Source: Spirochaetia bacterium
Lineage (GTDB): Bacteria; Spirochaetota; Spirochaetia; SZUA-6; Bin103
Length of the DNA: 64,000 nt
Assembly (NCBI GenBank): GCA_965208575.1
Contig: CBDBOV010000006.1
Location: forward strand, 640,001-704,000
Reading direction: 5' to 3'
The notes beneath the pieces are model-generated. The model had not been told where the DNA came from, did no database searches, and saw only the letters and a list, made by a program, of their open reading frames with translations. Shown here one piece after another: positions 1-9,663 of the stretch (the stretch's first letter is position 1; every line of letters starts with the position of its first letter). The position numbers were made by a program, and so were the translations under genes.

Positions 1-11
1 TCGCCTCACAG

Positions 12-962
12 TCAGCTTCTCGGTTGCTCCAAGTATACGCGCCCTGGGTCTTCGCCCAAGCGCTCCAACAGCGTCTTCGCTCGCCGCATATGAACGGCTC
101 CGCTGCCGTGTCTATCAATCTGCATTCCCGTACCTGCAATTTCAATAGGCCACCTTGGATTCCACCTATGGTCATCGACATGCCCAACCAAGAAGCTGCC
201 TTCCCTCGTCGATTGCACTGGCGTGTTGTCGATCTTCAGCTTGCCAACGCGAACGAGCCACTCTGCCGTGCAAGACAGGACATGCCACCAAGCTCGGACC
301 GGCTTCTGCTCGCTATCGGGGAAGATGATACCGGTCGGCTTGGGTGCACCTCGAACGAACTTGAACTCCGATAAAGGAATCCCGTCAGACGGGGGCTGCG
401 GACCGGGAGGAGTAGGGTCAACTGGCAAGTCGGGGCTACCTACCGCATCTCCCTGCTCCAGATTGGCCTTCCATAGCCAAAGGAACTGGATGGCGAGTTG
501 CGCGGACGACTCTGACTCTCGATCGAGCGCTACATTTAGGCGGCGGCGCTCTTCAAGCTCGCCCGGCTTGAACACCTCGTACATCTCCCACTGTCTTCCG
601 TTGGTGAGGGCAACGTAGCTGCTTCCTACTACCGACGCGTATGCCACCACCTGAGTACGGTGCTTGTCGGTGAGCGACTCTCCAAGCCGCTTCGCCTCGA
701 CGATTGCTCGGGGCTTAGCGTCTGCTCCCAGCAGGGCATAGTCTGCCGAGCCCGATCTTACGCGGTACTCAGGTACCACAACCGCAGGATCGGACACATC
801 CCATCCAAGCGCGGACAGTAGCGGGTCTACCAGCGCGACGCGGGTGCGGGTCTCGTTCTCCTGAAGCAGGTCTCTGTGGACACTAATCCTGCGTCGCAGC
901 ATGTCGAGTGTGCCAACCAGAGGGTAAAGAAGATCGATTTGCTTTCCTTCGACCACGCGCAT
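12..962 (-). CDS. Type I restriction enzyme HsdR N-terminal-like PD-(D/E)XK nuclease with a C-terminal accessory domain
   Basis: NETRTR..LVDPLLSALGWD..V.PEY..ADYAL..IVEAKR..LTNGRQW pattern; Pro-rich linker; start placed at ATG 962 (MRVVEG). Confidence 0.75.
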   Translation of the reverse strand: MRVVEGKQIDLLYPLVGTLDMLRRRISVHRDLLQENETRTRVALVDPLLSALGWDVSDPAVVVPEYRVRSGSADYALLGADAKPRAIVEAKRLGESLTDKHRTQVVAYASVVGSSYVALTNGRQWEMYEVFKPGELEERRRLNVALDRESESSAQLAIQFLWLWKANLEQGDAVGSPDLPVDPTPPGPQPPSDGIPLSEFKFVRGAPKPTGIIFPDSEQKPVRAWWHVLSCTAEWLVRVGKLKIDNTPVQSTREGSFLVGHVDDHRWNPRWPIEIAGTGMQIDRHGSGAVHMRRAKTLLERLGEDPGRVYLEQPRS

Positions 963-1150
963 TGCTTGCCAGACACGGAATGGGCGTGTCAAGCAAGGCC
1001 GCAACTGACGCACTGACGCCAACCCCTCTGATGAGCTCGCGCGACATGAAGAAGAAGACTGGCCGCGAGCGCTTCCAAGCATCTGGCCAGCCGATGGACG
1101 TGGACGTGTCATCCTTCCGGGCATGGGCATACTCCGATTTCGTCAACAAC

Positions 1151-2035
1151 TGTCAATGCCGGAGAAATTCTCCCCACTTCTGCCGGAGTAAAATTCCCAC
1201 CCTGGCGTAACGGTAGGTCGGTGGTCAGCCGTCGGTTGACGCAGGTGCCTCCGTCTTGCGCGGGCGACCTCGCCGACGTTTCGGCTTTGGGCACCGCGAC
1301 CAGCACGCCGCGGTCGAACAGGTGCAGCTCCGCGGCTAGGCGATGGACCTCCACGACGCGTCGGGTGACCGTGTCCGGAACCGAGTATTGGTTGCCTTCG
1401 ACGCTCACCATCCCGTCGCGTGACAGACGCCGCTCCATGCGCAGCACGGTGGTGTATGGAGGCGCCGGCAGCGGCTGCAACTGTGGCCGTTCCTCGGTGA
1501 ACGCTTCCTCCACCACCCGCCGCGTGGTGCCGTGCCGGCCCCGATTTGCCACTTCGCGTCGCCAACGGTCGAACTCGGCGTTCAGATGACCGAGATTGTC
1601 GAAGTCGCTGCCCAGGAAGAATCCTCGCGCACGTAGCGGAATGGCCGCTCCACCTTGGCTTGGTCTTGGCCCGATATGGCGCGCACGCCCGCGGGCGGAA
1701 CCCATAGTGGGCAGCCAGATCAAGTAGCGTCGGGTGGTAGCGCACCTGGCCCCCCTGGTGCTCGCCGAGCAACGCGGCCTTCATGCGGTCGTACAGCACC
1801 GCGGGTGGCACGCCGCCAAACTGGGCGAACGCCGCCACGTGGCAACTCACCACCGTCTCCAGATTCTGACCCAGCACATAGCGCCCGAACAGGTACCGAC
1901 AGTAGCCGAGCACCATCGAGAAGAGCCACACCACCTGCACGGTCTCCGGCTGGTCCCGGAACTCCACCTTGAACTGAGCGAAGTCCACCTGCGCCTGCTG
2001 GCCGGCTGGCATCTCGAACCGATGCTCAAACTCGG
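1151..2035 (-). mobile_element. IS21-family remnant: right end plus frameshifted istA fragment, no istB
   Basis: End starts TGTCAATGCCGG with internal GCCGGAG..AA.T.CCC repeats; peptides FEMPAGQQAQVDF, MVLGYCRY, LYDRMK, YGFRPRAC.PYRAKTK, VSVEGNQYSVP lie in two frames. Confidence 0.8.
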
Positions 2036-2107
2036 CTAAGCGCTGCTCGATGCCCCGCTGGCGAGCGAGCAGCCAGTCCATGGCGCTGTTACAGCTCGTT
2101 CTCGTCG
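2033..2107 (-). pseudogene. Short IS1634 transposase fragment
   Basis: Encodes AMDWLLARQRGIEQRLA, closely matching AMDWLLARQHGIEQRLA of the intact IS1634 copies (DNA similar to about 57405-57477). Confidence 0.8.
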
Positions 2108-2194
2108 TACCGGCTGCGCGAGAAGCGCCGCGCCGGCGTGCTGGGCGCATCCGCCTCGTCGCTGGCGAAGGCGTCGTCGTGAGCGTGCGCGGCA

Positions 2195-2704
2195 GGGCGC
2201 TACGAATTCCTGCTCCGCTCGTCCTTCGGCTTATTAGTTCGCCGGCCGGCCCCGTGTTGCTGCCAGCCTGTTCGTGCCCCGCTCTCGCGCTCCCGACGCC
2301 TCGCAGGCTCGGCGCCGGTACCGGGATCTATGTTGTTCACGCTGGCCGTCCCCGTTCCAGCGAATCTCGCCCACGGGCAAGAGCAGGACCTTCCTGGCTC
2401 CCTGTCCCGCGACTCTGCGCCGGTCCACGACCCCGGACGATCCATCGTGCCTCGCCACTGGCGGCGCTACCGGCTGCCCCCAGATTCACCACACTGAAGG
2501 CATCGTCATAGAACTATCGAGGCTTAGAGCGACGCTACATCATCGCCCGCTGTTTACGCTTCACGACGAAAGTTGCCGTTTGCCATGCAAGACTCGCTTC
2601 CGGCTGGCGGGCTGCGCCTTTGCCGGGCGGGAGTCGAACCCGGTGGGGCGCTTCGAAAGGCTCAGATCAAGTCGTCGTCCTCGCCAGGACTTCTCCTGGC
2701 GCAA
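2195..2704 (-). mobile_element. Group II intron 5' fragment (domains I-II), no RT ORF or domain V
   Basis: Minus strand begins TTGCGCCAGG, followed by domain I hallmarks GCCAGCCGGAAGCGAGTCTTGCA..GAAGCGTAAACAGCG and GGAGCCAGGAAGGTCC; ends near GGAATTCGTAGCGCC. Confidence 0.7.
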
Positions 2705-2753
2705 GGTCAATTTTCGATGTCGCCAGGGGGTCAGTTTCTGCTGTCGCGTGATA
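2705..2753 (-). mobile_element. IS21-family terminal sequence (left end)
   Basis: Minus strand TATCACGCGACAGCAGAAACTGACCCCCTGGCGACATCGAAAATTGACC contains tandem GCGACA..AAA.TGACC repeats typical of IS21 ends. Confidence 0.65.
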
Positions 2754-3169
2754 GCGGACGTCAATAAGCGATCTCGGGCCATCATCCGTCCGCGCTTGCG
2801 GCTCCAGACCAGTCTGGACGGCGGCCGTGCCCAAAATAACGAAGGGGGAACGGTGCGGGGGTAATGAGCTAAGACATAGCAGCGGTGCGGGGATTATACT
2901 GGCCGGCATGACGGACGCTGACCGGAACGAGTTGTCTGCAAGGGCTGGCGGAGAAGGTGGACGCGCTGGCAAGGATCTGGCGTCGTGCGGGGTGAGAAGA
3001 ACCGCGCCCGGCGGCCTGTCGTTTCTGCCTCCACGAGCGTCGCGCGTGGTCGTCGAGGTCCTGCAGCACACAGCCATAGCCGCCGGCAGTCCGCACCGGA
3101 CCATCCAAGTGAGCGGCGACGACGTTTCGAATGCGGACCGGGCCACCGTCGGCGGAAGCGCGAAGTAGT

Positions 3170-3700
3170 ATGAATTCTGATTGGCAAAACCTGCCAGCAG
3201 ATGCTCAGCAGTGCCGAGAGGTTTTCGCTAGGTTTGGCTTGGCGATGTACTTTTCCCAATGTCTTGAGATACAGATCGGGTTGATGTTAGCTACTATGTT
3301 CAATCGTCAATTCCTATCCGTTCCTTACGAAGACAGAGGCGCACTATTCGATAAATCGTTCTCGAATACCTTGGGCCGCATGATGTGGATTCTGAAGAAG
3401 GACAAGCTTGTCTCACCAACGTTGGAAAGCAGATTGGAAAGAGCAGTCGAGGTTAGAAACTGGCTAGCACATAAGTACTTCTATGAGAGGTCAAGAGAGT
3501 TTCCCTCTCACGAGGGCCGAGAAGCTATGATCTCTGAACTTCAATGTCATGCAGATTTTCTTCAGGAAACCGATGTGATATTTGCAGAACTAATGAAGAA
3601 GTGGAGGCGCCACATAGGCGTGTCGGACGAGGACGTTAGTGCAGAGATGGAGCGCTTCCTTTCGGAACCAGATCGGCCTTCGACATCCCGGACGCCGTGA
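3170..3700 (+). CDS. HEPN-domain protein, putative RNase
   Basis: Low-GC helical ORF with SQCLE near the N-terminus, TLGR, and an RxxxxH motif RNWLAH. Confidence 0.65.
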   Translation: MNSDWQNLPADAQQCREVFARFGLAMYFSQCLEIQIGLMLATMFNRQFLSVPYEDRGALFDKSFSNTLGRMMWILKKDKLVSPTLESRLERAVEVRNWLAHKYFYERSREFPSHEGREAMISELQCHADFLQETDVIFAELMKKWRRHIGVSDEDVSAEMERFLSEPDRPSTSRTP

Positions 3701-3789
3701 GTATTCATTTAGCCAGCGGGTCGGGGCCGGGGCCAGGCGCAGGCGATCACCGCCGAGGGGTGCGCCGCCATCTTCGCAACAGCCGCATC

Positions 3790-4290
3790 CCGAGACACAC
3801 CGGGCGCGGCATGGAGGGTGAGACGGCCGCCGCCGAACGGGGCGCCGTGGACAAGGCGATTGCCAACCTGTTGTTCCAGGGCGGGTTGCGCAGGTCGAAA
3901 GCTGCGGCGCTCCGCTGGGCCGACGTACCGGACGGCACCGCCGCGGACGTGCTCTGCCTCAAGACGGGTGCGCCGTGGCGCTCCGCGGGCTTCGCGACCT
4001 GATCACCGTGTAGCGGTCAGGCTTGCGGCCGGAGCCGACCGACCAGGCGCTCGCGGGTTGAACGGCCAGTCTATCGCCTGGCGCCTCGCAGCGGCCGCCA
4101 GGGCCGCCGGCATCGAGGGCCGGCGCACCGGCCACTCCCGGCGTGTCGGTCTCGCATCCAAGCTCACCGCCCGTAGCGCCAGTACCACCGAGACGATGCT
4201 TGCCGGCGGCTGGACAACCACCCGCATGGTCGCCCACTACAGCGGCGGCGCAACCGTCGAGCAGGTCGCCGTCGCCAGTATGTGTGACCG
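3790..4290 (+). pseudogene. Cre-like tyrosine recombinase remnant
   Basis: LLFQGGLRRS..AALRWADV in one frame; GHSRRVG..MLAGGW....MVAHY in another; frameshifted and partly deleted. Confidence 0.75.
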
Positions 4291-4531
4291 GGACGGCATG
4301 GCAGCGCCGTCGCCGAGAAAGCCCTGGACCGGAACGGTTGACGGTGCCGGCATCCCACGGTCACGGGTCAGCCTCCGTGCGGGTCGTCCGCCGCTCGACC
4401 ACGCACAACATCCCCCACGCCGCCCACAGGCTGATCGGCAGCCACACGGCGAACACCAACAGGTAGTCAGCGTCCGTGCCAACCGTGCCGAACACCTTGC
4501 CTCCGACAAAGACCAGGGTGCCGCCGACTAG

Positions 4532-6302
4532 CCCGCATCGCTCACCAAGGGGATCGGCTGGCCGATTTGGTCCCGAGTTGAGGGCGCCGGAAGTGTGCAG
4601 AGAGCAAGGAGGGGCCGTGGGGCGGCGGTGCGAGCGTGGTTTTCGTGCCACGCGCCGCTGATCAGGTCGTAATGGTCAGTCACAGGCGCTGCAAGCTGCG
4701 GAATTGGACGCACCTCCCCCTGGTCAGACCTGCTGCAGTGAGTTTCGTGGCGCTGTGGCGGGGCTACCCAGGTGCGTCGCGCACAGGGGCCACGCACACG
4801 GGGGCAGCGCGCAGGGCGGTGAGCGCCTGTGCGAACAGCTCCTGCAACGGATATACCGATGACAACGAGATCCGTACCCTGCGCACCGACACCTTGATAC
4901 GTCCCGCGAGCTTGATCAGCCGCGCCCGGATGGTGTCGAAGCGCGCGTTGGCAAGCTCGGTTCCTTGCAGTCCCACGCGGCGCAGGATCGTCAACAGGAT
5001 GCCGGCAAAGGCGGAGAAGTACAGCCGTATCTGATTGGCACGCATCGTCGCCGTCGAGGTACGGTCGGCGAACAGCCACAGTTGCTGCTCCTTGATGCGG
5101 TTCTCCATGTCACCACGGGCGCAGTACAGCTCTTCGTAGAGGGCCTGCTTGGCAATCGTCTGCCGGTCGAGGCTGGTCACCACGAAGCGCGGATTGCCGC
5201 CGCCGGTGCCAGGCAGCCACTCCGCCTTGGCCACCACCCGGCGGCTTCGGCTCCACGAGTCCAGCGTTCGGTAGCGGAACTCCCGGAACCGTCGCGACGC
5301 CTTCCCGCTCGCCGCACTGCGGCGCCGCGACTTGCGCAGCGCCTTGGCGATGCGCCGCTGCAGGCGTGCGTTGCGCGCCAAGCCGAGCACATAATCGACG
5401 CCGTTGTCCTCGCACCAAGCCATGATCGATTCGCGACAGAATCCCGAGTCACCGCGCACCAGAATCTTCGTCTCCGGCCAGCGTTGGCGGATCTGCGCCA
5501 CTATCACTGTCAGTTCCTCCACCGCTCCGTCACTCGCGTCGCAGTCGGCGCGGCGCAGACGGCAGCGCAGCACATGCTCGCCACAGGTGATGTACAGCGG
5601 CAGATAACAGTAATGGCCGTAGTAGCCATGGAAGAAGCGGCCTTCCTGGTTGCCGTGCAACCGGTCATCGGTCGCATCCAGATCCAGCACTACCTGTGCC
5701 GGCGGTCGCCGCTCGCTGTCCAGAAACAGATCCACCAGCAGGTCGTCGATGATCCGGCCATCGGCGAGGATCTTCTTGTAGCGATGACACTTGGCCGTGT
5801 CTGGATCGCCCAGCTCCAGGCGGTTCAAGGTGCTGGACCCGGCCAGGGCGTGACCGCGGTCACGTTCGCGCAGGCGCTGCGCGCCGGTCACATCGGCGCA
5901 CCCGGTGGCCAACGCCAGAGCGCTGTCGTCACGCAATCGGTCATGGTCATTGAGGTCCTCATAGCCGGCCGCCAGCCCCAGCACCCGCTGGGCGATCAGG
6001 ATCTGAAGGGGATGCTCGACCCGCTCCGGATCGCGATAGTCGGTGAAACAGGCCGCCAGTCGGCCGGTCACGTCAAATAACCGGTCAGCTTCGCGGAGCA
6101 ACAGCACGCCGCTGTCCGATGTCAGCCGACCGCCATCAAACGCGCCCACGACCGAGCGCCGTCCGAGACCTTCAAATAGCAGTTGTTCTGTAGTACAGTG
6201 TGTTTCCACGGGGTGGTTCCTTGTGGCTTTGTATTTGTTGCTACCATATACAGATAACCACAAATTCCACCCCGTGTCTATCCCCCTGGTGAGCTTTCCG
6301 GG
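4532..6302 (-). mobile_element. IS1380-family insertion sequence
   Basis: Imperfect inverted ends CCCGCATCGCTCACCAAGGGG / CCCGGAAAGCTCACCAGGGG; CTAG target duplication at 4528-4531 and 6303-6306. Confidence 0.9.
4764..6209 (-). CDS. IS1380 transposase
   Basis: FDGGRLTSDSG, GYEDLNDHD.LR.D, LDLDATDD.LHG.QEG, RGDSGF, Y..RGDMENRIKEQQ; GTG start inferred. Confidence 0.92.
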   Translation of the reverse strand: METHCTTEQLLFEGLGRRSVVGAFDGGRLTSDSGVLLLREADRLFDVTGRLAACFTDYRDPERVEHPLQILIAQRVLGLAAGYEDLNDHDRLRDDSALALATGCADVTGAQRLRERDRGHALAGSSTLNRLELGDPDTAKCHRYKKILADGRIIDDLLVDLFLDSERRPPAQVVLDLDATDDRLHGNQEGRFFHGYYGHYCYLPLYITCGEHVLRCRLRRADCDASDGAVEELTVIVAQIRQRWPETKILVRGDSGFCRESIMAWCEDNGVDYVLGLARNARLQRRIAKALRKSRRRSAASGKASRRFREFRYRTLDSWSRSRRVVAKAEWLPGTGGGNPRFVVTSLDRQTIAKQALYEELYCARGDMENRIKEQQLWLFADRTSTATMRANQIRLYFSAFAGILLTILRRVGLQGTELANARFDTIRARLIKLAGRIKVSVRRVRISLSSVYPLQELFAQALTALRAAPVCVAPVRDAPG

Positions 6303-6556
6303 CTAGGGTCGCGCGCCACACCAGCGCCCACCAAGCAGCAAGAACCGCCGACCACGGCACCAGGTCGCGGCGCAGGATCGCCCGCACCGCCCACAGGCTG
6401 ACCAGCAGCACCACCGGGAACCTCACCGAGGGAATCGAGTCGTCAATGCGGCCCAACGCTACTTCCGCCAGGGCGGTCAGCACAACGCCGACCAGCGCCA
6501 TACGCCAGGTCAGCCTCCACCAGAAGATGAGCACCGCGGCCGGGTCGCTCCCGCGA

Positions 6557-7567
6557 TCATCGGTCATGGCGCCTCGCAGCCGGGCAGCCGGGCAGGAGTC
6601 GGGTCGCGTCGCAGCCCTCCACATGGCGAAGCAACCCGACCCCGGCAAAGTTGGCGTCGGTCAGGATCGCTCCGGTTAGATCAGCACCGCCCACGATAGC
6701 GTTGCCGAGGTTGGCGCCGGTGAGGTCGGCGCCGCTCAGGTTCGCCCAGAGCAGGTAAGCGGCAATCAGGTCGGCGTCGGTCAAGTCCGCCTCAGACAAG
6801 TTGGCCAGTCGCAGCAGAGAATCGCCCAGGTCAGCTGCGATCACCTTCGCACCGTCCAAGCGTGCGGCGATCAGGTTCGCCCCTCGAAGATAGGCGTGGC
6901 TCAGGTCGCCCCCGACTATGCTGGCCTCGGTCAGGTCGGCCCCCTCGAAGGTTGCAAGGGTCATCCGCGCTCCAGACAGTGAGGCCCCGCTCAGGTTGGC
7001 CCCGGTCATGGTTGCCGGGTACAGGTTGGCTCCGGCCAGTTTGGCGCCTCTCAAGTCCAGATCGGTCAGGTCGGCGTGGCTCAGGTTGGCTCCGCGCAGG
7101 TCCCCTCGCAAGTCAGTGCCGTGCCGATCAGCCAGGGGGCCTTCTTCCAGCTCCACATCTACCAGAGTCGCCCCGTTTAGGCGCGTGTCGCGCAGGGTGG
7201 CCCATAGCAGATGGGCACCTGCCAGGGAGGCACCGCTCAGGTCCGCGCCCGTCAGGTTGGTGAACACCAAACCAGCGCCGGCCAGGGAGGCACCGACCAA
7301 GGTGGCGTTGGTCAGATCGGCGTTGGTCAGGTTCGCACCGGCCAAAGTGGCACCGGTCAGGTCGGCACCGACCAGATTGGCGTTGGTCAGGTCGGCACCA
7401 GCCAGGGTGACACCGCTCAAATCAGCCCCACTCAGGTCCACCTCGTAAAGGTCCGCACCAGTGCAGGCCGGCAGGCATTCCGGGAGCGCTACGGCGCCGG
7501 CGGTAGTCGTCAGCAGAAGCGCCGCGACGATGGCAATATTCACGGCACGTTCAGGGCGTCGTTTCAT
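6557..7567 (-). CDS. Secreted pentapeptide-repeat protein
   Basis: Signal peptide followed by long A(D/N)LxG repeats, with Cys pairs at both ends. Confidence 0.9.
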   Translation of the reverse strand: MKRRPERAVNIAIVAALLLTTTAGAVALPECLPACTGADLYEVDLSGADLSGVTLAGADLTNANLVGADLTGATLAGANLTNADLTNATLVGASLAGAGLVFTNLTGADLSGASLAGAHLLWATLRDTRLNGATLVDVELEEGPLADRHGTDLRGDLRGANLSHADLTDLDLRGAKLAGANLYPATMTGANLSGASLSGARMTLATFEGADLTEASIVGGDLSHAYLRGANLIAARLDGAKVIAADLGDSLLRLANLSEADLTDADLIAAYLLWANLSGADLTGANLGNAIVGGADLTGAILTDANFAGVGLLRHVEGCDATRLLPGCPAARRHDR

Positions 7568-7723
7568 GGGTCGGTGCCTTACCGCCGGCGCGCCAAGGCA
7601 CGCACCCACAAGAGGGGTAAGCCCAACCAGCGGGTGCACCCGGCGTAGCAGGCTGCCGCTCCTTAGGCCGAGCGGTTTCACGTCCACGCCTCCATGAGTG
7701 CATCTCGCCGGCCTCATGTCGCT

Positions 7724-8566
7724 TCATTCTATCACAAACCCTATAGGGTTTATGTCTACAATATCTCGTATAATCCTGATGGGCACGGCGTGCAGTAGTC
7801 CCGCGTTGCTAATTGCTACTGCACCCGTGTCCCGTCCTGTCACGGTCTTCACCTCAACCGGTGCGTTTACGTAACCCGTGATTACGCCTGCAATCTTCCA
7901 GCGGCACTCTTCACGGGTACGTGCTTTCAGCGGCTGAAAGACTACTGGCCCCCCGCTGAATCCCATGTTGTTGTGACCATCTATCCATACGGATTCCCCG
8001 ACGCCCACGTCATCCTTGAATTGGAAACCGCTCAATACGCCACCCATAACGAGCGGAGCACCTCTGTTCTTGTAACCCGGAAGAGGGCTTGTCTGGACAC
8101 TGGAAAAGTAACCAAGAAATCTTTCTGACTGACCGAGTGTCAAGCCATCTGTTCCCTGATCGACCGGATAGGCTTCCGACAGCTGTCGATTAGTGGCCAA
8201 AACCAGAACGTCTTGATTTTCCCTTCCCACTCCTACCAGTCTCACCGGTATCGCAGTCCATTCGTCAAGCTGAATTTCGACAGAAGACGGCAACTCTCCT
8301 GCGACAAGATGTTTTGCGGTCACGAGATACTGCCGGTGACCGATTTCCATTGTGAAACCTGTGGCGATCTGATTCGCAACTCGCAATGGAAAGACTCGAT
8401 AGAGTATGTTTGTCGTTACTGGTCCACGGTCTATAGGGCACGCAACATTCCCCTCGGTACCTGCTTCGTTGGGAGAATCCCCCTCGGCGGCAGCATAGTG
8501 GGCCAGCAACAACGCCATCGTTATGAGTATCGAAAGCACGCAGCTCCTTTCCTGTATGGGCTTCAA
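7724..8566 (-). CDS. Secreted trypsin-like serine peptidase
   Basis: Signal peptide; triad contexts LVTAKH, QDVLVL and GFSGGP. Confidence 0.8.
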   Translation of the reverse strand: MKPIQERSCVLSILITMALLLAHYAAAEGDSPNEAGTEGNVACPIDRGPVTTNILYRVFPLRVANQIATGFTMEIGHRQYLVTAKHLVAGELPSSVEIQLDEWTAIPVRLVGVGRENQDVLVLATNRQLSEAYPVDQGTDGLTLGQSERFLGYFSSVQTSPLPGYKNRGAPLVMGGVLSGFQFKDDVGVGESVWIDGHNNMGFSGGPVVFQPLKARTREECRWKIAGVITGYVNAPVEVKTVTGRDTGAVAISNAGLLHAVPIRIIRDIVDINPIGFVIE

Positions 8567-8639
8567 GTTTCCTCCGTCGTCAGCATATAGCGCTCCACCC
8601 GATGCCTGCTAACAGTACCAGTTCCACGGCGGCAGCAGT

Positions 8640-8830
8640 ACCGGCTCTCGATGCAGCTGTCTCGAAACGTTCGAGCGAGGCCCCGATCCTGGCCTTCCTC
8701 GTTTGCCACTCGATGAGCAATGGACGGACCACCACCGGCTTGACGATCAGCATGATCTTATCCCGGTCGGTGTAGTGTACACCGAGTTGAGTGCGCTTGT
8801 ACGGATCAAGTCCCCCTCGAACACCCCGTC
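8640..8830 (-). pseudogene. Fragment of MmeI-like (type IIL) DNA methyltransferase/endonuclease
   Basis: Translates RGGLDPYKRTQLGVHYTDRDKIMLIVKPVVVRPLLIEW, resembling the RxxLGAHYT motif of MmeI-like enzymes; no intact ORF. Confidence 0.6.
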
Positions 8831-9001
8831 GCCAGATACGCTTGAACGTCGAAGCCTGCGAGTATAGGATGAGCCAGTTCTCTGTTGGGGGTCACCGTGT
8901 ACCGGGCAAGTACTGGCGGTAGCCCCTATCTCTTTTCTCTGATCTCCGGAATCGCTCCCGGGCGAACCTATCCTACCCTCCGCTGGCCGGGTTGCTCAAA
9001 A

Positions 9002-9490
9002 TCAGGAACTCTCACCTGGCGGGCAACAGTTGGGGTGGAACACGTCAACGCCGTTGTCCTGGACCGGGATGATCTCGATGTCGGGTTCGCTGAAGATCAC
9101 GAACAGGTTCCCCTTGCCGGTGTTCTTGAGGTGGGCTGCCATGTGAAGGTCGGCGTTCATGCGCGCCTTGAGGATCGGGATGCAGCCCAACTTGCTGAAC
9201 TCGGTGGCGTGCGCCTCGTAGCTGAACGCGCACGCGATGAGCACGTCGAAGCCGGCGTCGGCTGCTCCGCGTGCGGCGGCCACCAAGTCGGGGCGGAAGA
9301 CGGTGCCGAACTCGGGGCCGATGAAGATGCCGGCCCGGCGTTCGATGCCGGTGTCCGCGTCACCTTCGACGTAGCGCCCCTCGGCACAGATGAGGTCGCC
9401 GGGCCACGGGGGTGAGCGCGGTGAAGGAGATGCGGTCCTCGCGGTGGGCCTGCTGGACAGCGGACGTGTTCAGGTGCACCAGGATCATCA
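9002..9490 (-). pseudogene. C-terminal fragments of a type III Mod-like methyltransferase
   Basis: HLNTSAVQQAHREDRISF, GFDVLIACAF.YEAH, LKARMNADLHMA..LKNTGKGNLFVIF.EPDI; frameshifted and truncated. Confidence 0.8.
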
Positions 9491-9663
9491 CTCCCGAAAG
9501 AACAACGCGAGCACCGCGACCGGCTGGCCAAGAGTGGGCTATAGTCAATCTCGTGTACACCCTTTCCGTACCATGGAGTCCGCTACCGCCTCACCGCTCC
9601 CCCAGCGCGTTCGCACGCCACCGAAACGGGCCTCGCGAGCGCTCGCACACGAGATTCGGGCTG

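Larger units (their letters stand above)
4361..6567 (-). pseudogene. Small membrane protein split by IS1380
   Basis: N-half MTDDRG..WWALVWRATL (6567-6303) rejoins in frame with VGGTLVFVGG..EADP (4527-4361) once the IS and one CTAG are removed. Confidence 0.8.

Noticed and set aside
1143-2150. 335-aa ORF as a functional IS1634-IstA fusion
   Set aside because: Made of short fragments and runs out of the IstA frame; best read as a deletion product
2620-2650. tRNA-like T-arm GGGTTCGACTCCC on the minus strand
   Set aside because: No cloverleaf or acceptor stem; it lies within the group II intron-like domain I
6557-7567. Qnr/MfpA-type quinolone resistance protein
   Set aside because: A signal peptide and Cys caps point to export rather than cytoplasmic gyrase protection
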